NCBI GenBank assembly: GCA_013115145.1
Contig: JAAPAO010000200.1
Coordinates: forward strand, 1 to 53,637
Source: Perkinsus chesapeaki ATCC PRA-425
Taxonomy: Eukaryota; Protista; Perkinsozoa
Direction: 5' to 3'
DNA: 53,637 nucleotides
Positions within the stretch are counted from its first letter, which is position 1; every line of letters begins with the position of its first letter. Positions 24,501 to 33,942 of this stretch are shown piece after piece. A program made the position numbers and the translations under genes. Below the pieces are notes generated by a model. It made no database searches. It worked only from the letters and a program-made list of their open reading frames with translations, and was not told the origin of the DNA.

Positions 24501-27500
24501 CGGACCTCGCCAACATTACCTACACGGAGGTCTGGCAGGACCTTCCGAAGCTCGACGACGAGGTGGCTTCGGACCGCTTTGCCGGCTTCAGTTTCGGTGG
24601 GGAGGCGCCGGATTATGAGGATGTTGTTTGGTGCAGTGGTGTCAGCGACTTCGATATTGCCGTGAAGTCCTTTGGTCGGTGTGTGCTAGTTGTTGCCCCT
24701 GAAGAGTCCGTTGATCCCGTCGAACTTCTCGGTGATTTTATCACCTTCGTCCAGGAATCTCTTATCCCTATTGGCCGACGGCTCTCTCATATGGACACAT
24801 TACTGATAATCCAAGAAAACCAGTGCACCAGTCCCCTCATTGGGTTCGCTCGATCGCTGCTTTCTGAGCATGGCGGTGACCTAGGCCTCCGGATCCTGCG
24901 TACCCTAAACATGAACCAGTTCAAGCCGTCCGTAAGTCTGCCCAGATTGGCCGAGTTGAGGCTCGCCGACGGCACAGTCAAGTTGCGGCAACTCGTCCGT
25001 AAACCTCTCAAAACTACGACGACCACAAGTGACTTGAAGCATTGCATTCCCGAGGGTATTGTGGTGGTCACTGGTGCCTTCGGAGGTCTCGGCCGTCTCG
25101 TCACGAAGTGGGCTGCGGACAACCTGTCCTGCCGAAGGATCGTGCTAGTCGGTCGTTCCACGCACGGTCAGACGAGCTCATTCGATTCACCTTGTCCAAT
25201 TGACGTCCGACTTGCCGACGTTAGTGACCCTGTGTCCGTGGTTAATGCCCTCACCGAGTACCACGGTCAGGTTTCGGTAGTCCTGCACTGTGCCGGGGTG
25301 GTAGAAGATGCCCTGGTCGAAAATGCTTCGTCGAACTACGAGGATCTTCATCGCTGTTTGGGCGCCAAGGCACTGGGGCCTCCTAATCTGATGGCTGCTC
25401 TCGGCCCCGAGCCTTATTACGTGCTCTTCTCCTCAAGCTCGAGCGCCTTCGGAAGCCCTGGTCAGTCCGTCTATGCCGCGGCCAACTCGGCGACGGACTA
25501 CTTCGCCGACCATTCCGCCAAGAACATATTGGCGGTCCAGTGGGGAGGGTGGTCGAAGTCAATAGAAGGCAGCATGTCCGCCAAGTACAACGTGAACCCT
25601 TCAGCTGGGGAGCGCTTTTTTCAGCCAAACCAAGGTCTCGGAGCTCTCGGCATACTGCTTGCCCAGCTCGCCACACGTGAACTTACCAATCGTAGTGCTA
25701 TCGTGGCTGACATTCCGGATTGGCAGGAGTACCTCTCCGCATCGGGTCTTCCACGAGAAGCTCCTTTGTGGGGCAGGATACTTCCGGCACCTTCTAGATC
25801 CTGGGTACCGACTTTGGGACAGTTGTCCACTGATCCCAAGTACTCTTGGATGCTCGACCACAAGACGGACGACGGCGCGCTAGTGCCAGCTACGGCGATG
25901 GTGCTTTGGTTGCTTAACCATCCCCGTGAGTCATCGGGTGCTCTCGAGAAGGTTGCCTTCCATAAGGTCCTCTGGTTGGATAAAGGTGAAGGTATCGAAG
26001 TTGACAGAGGTGAAGTCCGCAGCGGTCACACTGTCTACGCTTCGGCAGCCTCCAGCGGCCCAGTGGCCCCTGGTCAACCCAACTATATCAAGAGCGTGCT
26101 CTCCAGCGGCCTCTGTCAAGAAGGACCTTGGGAGTCTGTCGAGGTTGGTGACCTGTACAAGAACTACTCGGAGTCTGGTTTCCCGTATGGCCCTTCTTTC
26201 CGCCTCCTCCGCTCCGCCAGGCAGCATGGTGACCTCCTTGTAGCCGCAGTCGCTGATGGAGCCCACCTTGCAGCTGTTATGGACGCTTGCACGCACGCGT
26301 GCGCTCTGCTGGATGAGGCAGCTTTCGGTGGTCTCCCTAGCAGCATCAGCCATGTGCGCCTGGAGCTCGATAGCCCTACCGTAACTGACACTACCGATTG
26401 GACAGTAGTTGTGAAACGGTCACAAGTCAACTCCCTGGCATACAGCTTCGACCTACTGATGCAGCAACCGAGCTCGGGAAGGTGTATAACCTTCGAGGGC
26501 TTCACCATGCAGACCACCACAGCGCCGCCGATGACACTAAATGTCTATCGGGAGGGAGATCCTGTCCCTTTCGCACATGACGATATCAGACGCCGTGTCA
26601 TGGGCTCCTCCTCCTCCGTTATACGTTCGATGGTCGGGCCGATAGATATCCCTAAGCTCCGAGAGCGTCCTCAAGACCTGAGACAGTATGTATTGACCCC
26701 AGCTGGCAACGGCGAGTTGGACGCAACCTTCGCACCTGAGGAAGTTGACGATATCGTGCCGACTGGTGGGAAGGGAGCTCTGACAATCCAGAACTGTCTC
26801 TTTCAGGTTTTATAAAGGTCAACGCTAAGTATTGGGGCATCTCCTTCCTGGACGCTCTGGCCGCCACCGGAGCTATGCCTATGTCATTCTTTGGTGGTGA
26901 ATTTTGTGGCGAGGTCGCTGCGATTGGAGAAGGGTGAGCAGCGGGGTATGTGGGTGAATTCATAGTTCAAAGCTGAGTAAGGCTTAGACGGTTGATGCTA
27001 TGTGTAGCTTTCCAGAACGTTTAATACTTATACTGATACTGTCACCGCATAGGAGTATCAATGGACCTCACTGTGTCTGCATCCCCGAGGCAAATCTTCC
27101 GAAACCCGACTACACTCGAAATAAATGTGCCAAAATTGGCATTCCTGAGATTCCTGGTGAATGCTCATACCGGTCTCAGGGTTGATACCATCAAAGTTGG
27201 TGATATCGTCGGTTGCGTCACCCTTGGTGCCAATGGCCTGCATTCCAGTATGACCCTCCCAGCTCACTACTGTCATAAGGTAAGCTCAAAATCAGAAGAA
27301 GCGATCGATCTCCGGCGCCTCTACTAGGTCCCCGCCGGAATCACCCCATCAGTGGCCGCCGCCCTACCGATGTCGTTGGCCACGGCGATTCTCGGTAGGA
27401 CATGCCTGCTCCGTAGATCTTCATCCTCTCCGCTCTTCAGCTCTCGACCTCCGCGCTGGTCTGGGCCGTGGTCCCTCCAAGACGGTCTTGGTCCATTCGG

Positions 27501-29389
27501 CTGCCGGTGGTGTCGGGCTCTGCTGTGTAGCTCTCCTTCGAATGCGTGGTCATGATATTATTGGAACCTGCAATCTGAGGGATGACAGGAAGGTCGAGAT
27601 GCTCAAGGTTAGTTTCGCGATTCCCATTTCGTTGTTGAAGCTCCCTTTCCAGAGCCTCGGAGTGTCCCGAATCTTCGACAGTCGGAATGTGTCATCTTGG
27701 TACGTGCCAATGATGTCCGGCGAAGCTCCGCGCCCAGAAGCCATCATCGGTGCGCTCGACGGTGATCAGTTTGCTAGGTAAACTGCTGCGTATGTTCCAG
27801 ATGTCCAATATTGTGTGATAGGTCTTTCGAGGTTGTGGCGTCAAATGGCTACATACTAGACCTGGCGAAAAAGGAACAAATGCTGGACCAAGCAACCGTT
27901 CCCCTCAGCCACTTCCTCAGAGGTAGCCTTCCTCCCGGAAGGCATGATGGTCGAGATGATTCCCAACAGGTGTCACTTACAGCGCCTGCCATCTTGACGA
28001 GTTCATGCGCACGGCACCACCGAGCGAAGTCACCGATTTAATGAATAAAGTTTGGGAAACGGCTTCAGCTGTTGGCCAGAGTGCGATGCAATCGATGCCT
28101 GTCTCAGTCTATCCCGGTGAACATCTAAAGCAAGCGCTGGAGGTGCCCCCACATCAGTCTCTCATCTCGGCCACATTCTCGTCTTTCAGGTCCTGACTAC
28201 AGGTCGCAACGTCGGCAAGGTTGTAGTGGAGCTGGAGCCGCCGGAGGGACACGTGGTGTCCAGCGACCTCGTGGTTGATCTTCGCAACAGCTCCGACCAA
28301 GTCCTTCTCGAGGGAGCAGCTCTTGTCGTCAGCACACTTGAATCAACCTTTCTGGCGAAGGCGCCAACAGTTACCGTTCGCGCTGGCCAGAAGCTGCCAA
28401 TAGACCTCCTGAGATCCCTGGTTCACTTACCGGCCCAGGGCCACGCTTATGTTGCTCTCTCCGGTCCACCAGAGCTACCAGCCCTCCCCGTCTGGCATAG
28501 CTGCTGCGAGTCGAGCTCGGCAAGCACCGGTACGTCGAATAAGTTGTCAATCTTGGTAACAGCTGTTCGACAGCGAAGCAGCGCCGCTGCGTTGGATGGC
28601 CTCTCAGACGAAGACCTCGCAAACATGACTTTGGAAGAGCTCGGCTTCGATTCCCTCGCACGCTTGCAGCTCTCATCGCTCATCCGAAAGCTCTCACCGG
28701 GGGGTCGAAGTCTAGTGGGGAGCGAGCTGGTTGGGCATTTGCCGCTCAGTAGCATCGCCTGCACCAAGCCAAAGTCTGCTGGGCGATCCAAGAGTCATCG
28801 ACCACGGTGGCTGGCCCTTCATGGCTTCAGAATGAACGGTGACTTTTTCGCCCAGCAGCTTGCTGGTCTGGCAGACTTCCTCGGTGTCGAATTTGTCTTC
28901 GTCAACGCTCCCCACCAAGCGCATGGTCCAGGATATGGCGAGAAGGGCGGTATAGCTGATGGCTTTGAGTGGTGGTGGAAAGGGGACAGCGCCGACACAA
29001 CCTATGACTCTGGCTGGATCGGCTCTGAAGGCTTGAAGACAAGTCAGGACTTTCTGCGGCAACAACTGGAACGAGTTAAGCCCGAAGGTGTCGTTGGGTT
29101 CTCGCAAGGTGGTGGCATGGCCTACTGGATGCTGTGTAGAGGCCTAGTAAAGAACGGTCTCATTTTCAGCCCAGTAGGCCCCGACACAGACGAGAGCTTG
29201 AGCCCGCAATCCGAGTCTACCGTTGTGGTAGTAAGAAGTACTCAAAAAGATGAAGCCTCGGCAGCCTACTGCCAGAACGTCTTGAAATGTGATTTCCTTG
29301 CCCACGAGGAGGGACATGTCGTACCGAGCTGCGGTAGCGAGAAGTACAAGGAACTTTACGACACGGTGAAAAAGCAGTTGGACTTATAA
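18513..29389 (+). CDS. Hybrid NRPS-PKS megasynthase: A-T-KS-AT-KR-DH-ER-ACP-TE(FSH1-type), spliced; true start codon unresolved upstream of ~18513
   Basis: A domain: WTSGSTSGLPKG (19288), VSGEPL, NLFSTTE, PIGTP, GELFV, IVGRADDNVK/IRGFKVDL, TGKIDK. T: GGQSL (Ser 21431). KS: IAVIGASGRWPG, IDPHQRIWLE, GTACSSAL (Cys 22429), EAHATGT, GSVKGNVGH, SALGIGGTNAHVIIE. AT: CPGQG, GASLGE (Ser 23723), GAFHS. KR: TGAFGGLG (~25070), HCAGVVED, GQSVYAAAN. DH: WMLDHKTDDGALVP (His 25859), YGPSF, VMDACTH. ER: GGEFCGEV, VLVHSAAGGVG. ACP: LGFDSL (~28640). TE: LALHGFRMN, GFSQGG (Ser 29102), HEEGHVVP. Frame-preserving GT-AG introns checked at 19513-19554, 23045-23084 and at several A, KS and ER junctions. Confidence 0.92.
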
Positions 29390-30701
29390 AAGGTTGCTTG
29401 AGCATCTCTAGGCTCAGGCTAATGGTCGTTACTACGTTTCTTGTACGATTCATTTGACTTTAAATGCTGATTCTGCAAATATATTGCCTGTTGCGTACAT
29501 TATAGTAAGTGATCCATCTGTTACTCTCCCTCAACGGTTAAGAGAGTTCAGTTACTGAGCTCTGAACTCCCTCGATCAATCACCAAGGAAACTACCTTCC
29601 TTGACAGGAAGAGTAGGATCTCTTGGCATTAGATACATGCGTAATCGGTGAACCATACAGTAGCAATAGCAGTATAGGAATCAAATCCCACTAGCAGGCT
29701 GCAGATAGAATGGGCAGTCTAAGCCAAGTTCGGCGATGGGCTATAAACATACACACCCTCCTCACATCTGAGAGGTGTAGAAGCCGACAAGCCACTCAGA
29801 TCCGGGTTTCCTTACCAACAACTGTAGTCGAGCATCATAAATGTGTTCCACCAATTGTTGAGCCCAATCGATATGCAACTCCAATAAATTTATTGGACTG
29901 CAAGCCAGAGATCCTGTTTACGACGAGGAAAGGACTCGCATAGGAGTGGAATAGTCAAAACATCCTTTACCGTGGAAAATTGGACATATTCGCGACGACC
30001 TGTACGGTACAGGCTGTACCTTGGGCTCAGCACATTGTGGCCCGTACTGAGCTTGACAAAGTTTATTTGGTTCTAGACGGACTATACTCTTGGAAGTTTT
30101 CCTTGCTGTTGTGAGAAATATCGCTAACCAAGTAGCGAGTCGAAGACAGTTTTTTAGGGCGTGGTAGCGTGCCTCTACATTTGAATCAGAACTGAGTACT
30201 GCCGATTTATCTTTGGCAGAAGTCTCCATCATTCATTCCGTCTGTCAATTGGCTCGAGACTCCTGGCCTACAGCCCACTTGGAGACAGACTCGTGCGCGT
30301 ACGGCAAGTAATAGCAGCAGAGTTGATATACAGCGAGGTTGTACCTCATCCATTGGTCGGAAGCTAACCGCTGTCCGAGCTTCGCTACTTCTTTACTTAC
30401 TTGTATTATCACCAATGGTGATCAGTACTTCTAGCCTAGAAGTACTGAATAAGCCGCTCGTTGTTGCTCGCTATTAAGTATATTCTGCGGCGGGAACTAA
30501 CTAAGTAATTCCGGTGAATTGGCCCTGGAGGAGCTCGAAAGCCATATCGAAATCATTGGCGCATAGACTATGCGCCATCATTCTATATGGGGCCGCCGGG
30601 TGATAAGAGGCGTGGCGGTCGCTATGAGGCGAGAACTACTCATCAATGAGCTTCCTGTCCTCCGGAATCGCGCATTTGCCAAACACGTGCTCTTCTCTCC
30701 G

Positions 30702-31322
30702 ATGCGGCTATATCTCGTGCTGATGACTATGTACGCGCTGCCTGACTGTGCGCGGGCTGTGGACAACGATTTAGAACTCTACACGGACCTTGGGTGATAA
30801 AGGAAGCCGCTTTTGCTCCAAGGGCACGTTGTGCTCTGAAGACCAGGACTATACTTGGGAGTCATACTTCAACAGAGTATTGGATATCGGTGGACCAAGT
30901 TTTATTCTTGGTGGATATTGGTTACAGTACAGTAGAGTACTACCATTCCCGGGGAATGATTCCCCCATGCAACGCACTGGAACGCTTTTATCAAAAGGTG
31001 AGACATAAAGGCACATCTACTCTGGCCCGCTTAGGAGTCTTCTGTAAGGACTACTTCGACTAGACTACCTTCGAAAGAAACGTTCAGAGCTTCAGGGAGA
31101 GATATCCCGCGAACCGCTTCGTTTTCGGAGCCCCGTTAAGCAAGGGTGAAAAGGGGAGTTTACCTAAGGCCGTCGAGGTTTTGAGGAAGCTGAACTTGAC
31201 ATCTGCAATCAGGTGCGTATCTACTCACAAGCTCCAGTCGTTTGTTGAACTGTTATTTAGTGCCGCTGATCATTATAGACGGAGTGCTTCTTTTTAGCTT
31301 CGGATGCAATTATTTGCGAACG
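30702..31322 (+). pseudogene. Degenerate secreted GH18/chitinase-like gene
   Basis: Signal peptide MRLYLVLMTMYALPDCARA; frameshift near 30790 (YTDLG/DKGSRFC...WESYFNRVLDIGGPSFILGGY); short intron near 31007; in-frame TAG at ~31060 (KDYFD*TTFERNV); after another intron, SAADHY then a frameshift to DGVLLF, resembling the GH18 y-x-x-DG motif. The family call is from remembered similarity only. Confidence 0.5.
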
Positions 31323-31713
31323 GTAAAGGAAATCGGTATCGCAAGGGTTGCAGATTCCGACTTCTATGTGTTAAGACCATGCTACGATGAATCATCGTAG
31401 CATGGTAGCTGATCAGATCAGCTTTCTGTATAATACAGGCTGTATTTAATACGGTTAAGTGCGGCCGACAGTTTTCGAGTCTGGAGCACTGCGCCGCGCT
31501 TATAAGCCACACACTTTCGTTTAAGAACCCCGGAAAACCCGCCCTCAACCTTCACATGAGGAGGTTAAGCTTCTTAGACTTTGAGTTCCAAGAAGGATGA
31601 ACTTTTGAAACAGGTTAAGGGTTTCTTGGAGGCTCTTGAAAGATTTGAGGAGTAAATTGCGCCTCTTTTAAAAATCCCGCTTTAAAGAGGGGGGCCTTCT
31701 TTGACCTAAAGAA

Positions 31714-33442
31714 AATGCCCCGACAACCGAACCGAAACTGTTTCGGATTTCGATTTCGGATTACCGACGGTCTTGGTTTCGATCGGTTTCGCTTTCGGCT
31801 GAGTTACACCGGTTTCGACTTTCGTTTCGACTTTCGTTTCGGACTTTCGGCTTCCAGGCTATAGAAATTTTCGCGTGCGCTTCGCGCACGGCTATTTCCG
31901 CTGACGGGTTAGATCCGTGGCAGAATATTTATTACTAGTAATAAATATTCTACTACGGATTTTGCCAATCCGTATTTACCAGAGTCACCGATCGGGGGCA
32001 CGAGCCGGCCATATGTCCTTCCAGGAGACGTCTCACCAGGTAGTTACGAATCTAAAGTGTGGGACCTACCGTTATGTATCCTAGCTATGATAGGTCCACC
32101 TGATTGTGTCGAAGTTCCACCAGGGCAATCAGTTCCTTTATCTCGTTCGGGCAGTTCGGCCAACTGCACCGGCGGATGTCCAGCATCTTTAATAAAGCGA
32201 AGCGAAGCGCCAACATAAAAATTCTTTATGTTGGCGCTTCGCGTGAAGATTCACTGAATCGTAAGAGTCTCTTTGCTGCCTTCGTGACATGGGTGGTCAA
32301 TTGTAATTCGCCGGGTCCTTGCGAAACCCCCCGAGCAGCTCGGGGGTTTCTCCTAGCTCGGGCCGAGCTATCGTAAATCTGGACTCTCCCAACGCGCAGG
32401 GGCACAACACAAACAAAACTTCATTGCAAGGTTAAGCGCCTGTGCGACGGAAGAGCTTGACGGATGATGTCCTGGATAGGGGTGATCTCACAAGCTACGA
32501 GCTACGGGATAAGCAAAGTTCTGGAGTGGTCGGGCGTGTGGAGGAGGTGAACTCCTACTTGAGGTTGGAGGCTCCCGGTACCCCGTTCGATGACTTCTGG
32601 ATTCCTAGTGAGGGATGTCGTTCCGAGTAGTTACTAAGAAATCGAACACGCACTTGAACACTCCGATTAGAAACCCAGCTCGAGTACTCAGCCAAACATC
32701 TCGGAATGCCCTCCTTTCCGAGCTGTTGCACTTGAACACAGAAGTACTCGGATTAGGAGAACTCGGACTCGGAACTCGGAGCTAGTTACTCAGACTCGGA
32801 ACTCGGAACAGTTGAGCACTTGAACGGGCTCCAGAAGTGCTTCCAGAATCTGGAAGCAGGCTTCGGTCAAGTATCCCCTCATCTATAAGGCCGCCAAGGC
32901 TGCGAGATTGACCATGCTGAGGACGGGAAACGTGGAGAGCATCGTCTCACCAATCAGATAGCAGTTATCACTAAGACGCACTTTCGTGAAGTGTATTACA
33001 CTTGATCAGAGCTGTTATGACCGTTCGTGGCACGAACGAGCTGCCGTCGCACAGGCTTGTGGAGTGATGAGTCATCACTGATGACCTTGGATTGTACGTA
33101 TTTGTGGTTCTCCAGTGTGCTACAGTGTAGCAAAATTACTTCCATAAGGTGTATAGCTGTTGCAGTCAGCTGTAGCAGCTGCATCTAGCTGCTATCTAAC
33201 TATGGGTGTCTGCACCGTTTCACATTAACCGCGGTATTCGTGTTCTGAACACGTATATGAACACGTGTATGAATTGTAACTTGTACAATTGTAACTCTCA
33301 AGAGGCATGTGATGTCTCTTAGAGTCTATTAATTAGACATTGTCTCATAATGCACGGCCTGAGGCCGTTTCGGTCGCATCGCGACCGAAACCCGGATCGA
33401 AACCGAAATTTCGGATTCGGTCGTTTCGGTTGTCGGGGCATG
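31714..33442. mobile_element. Non-autonomous hAT-superfamily DNA transposon, 1729 bp
   Basis: TIRs: left AATGCCCCGACAACCGAA (31714), right TTCGGTTGTCGGGGCATG (ends 33442); 17 of 18 bases complementary. Identical 8-bp flanks CTAAAGAA at 31706-31713 and 33443-33450 (TSD). Dense subterminal TTTCGG/CCGAAA motifs at both ends, and an internal hAT dimerisation-domain remnant. Confidence 0.9.
32442..32961 (+). pseudogene. hAT transposase C-terminal dimerisation-domain remnant, interrupted by an insertion
   Basis: Removing 32602-32854 gives EEVNSYLRLEAPGTPFDDFWKQASVKYPLIYKAAKAARLTMLRTGNVESIVS, which resembles the Dimer_Tnp_hAT pattern ExxxYL...D.xxWK...YPxLxxxA......vERxFS. Confidence 0.7.
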
Positions 33443-33942
33443 CTAAAGAAGCTGCCGGTTTAAAAAAGTCTTCTTGAGGTTGGTAAGTGGGACTTTTTCA
33501 AAACAGTTGAAGCAAAATCTGGCCGTTTTACCATTAAGAAGCTTACGAAGGCTTCTTTTAAGAGACTTTTGAAATAGGCCTCAGTACAGTATCGGTGCCG
33601 CTGCTGCAGTCAACAAACGCCCCATCATATGGTGGAGCGTCACTACCCCTCGGGCATTGGGCCCCCCTCGCCTTCAAGAAAGCTGCCAATCGCCCAGGGC
33701 CTTCGATCTTTATCATGGAGCAAGGATAGCTTGATCTCTACAGTATGGTACTGCAGAATAAGCAATCAATGGATGAGGGAATTTCGCGTCGAATCTCCCG
33801 CAGACTTCACTGCACGCATGCGCACACGAATACCGATCCTTGGCTTTAGTAAGATCCACATCAAATCTAGCATACAAACTTGGAGTGCCCAACCACTCCC
33901 GATGTTAGACTCGTCATTTGACATCCGTTTGCCTCGCAAGAA

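Noticed and set aside
29700-30232. 104-aa minus-strand ORF with a possible TM segment and downstream exon
   Set aside because: No recognisable motif and the splice alternatives give conflicting frames, so support is insufficient.
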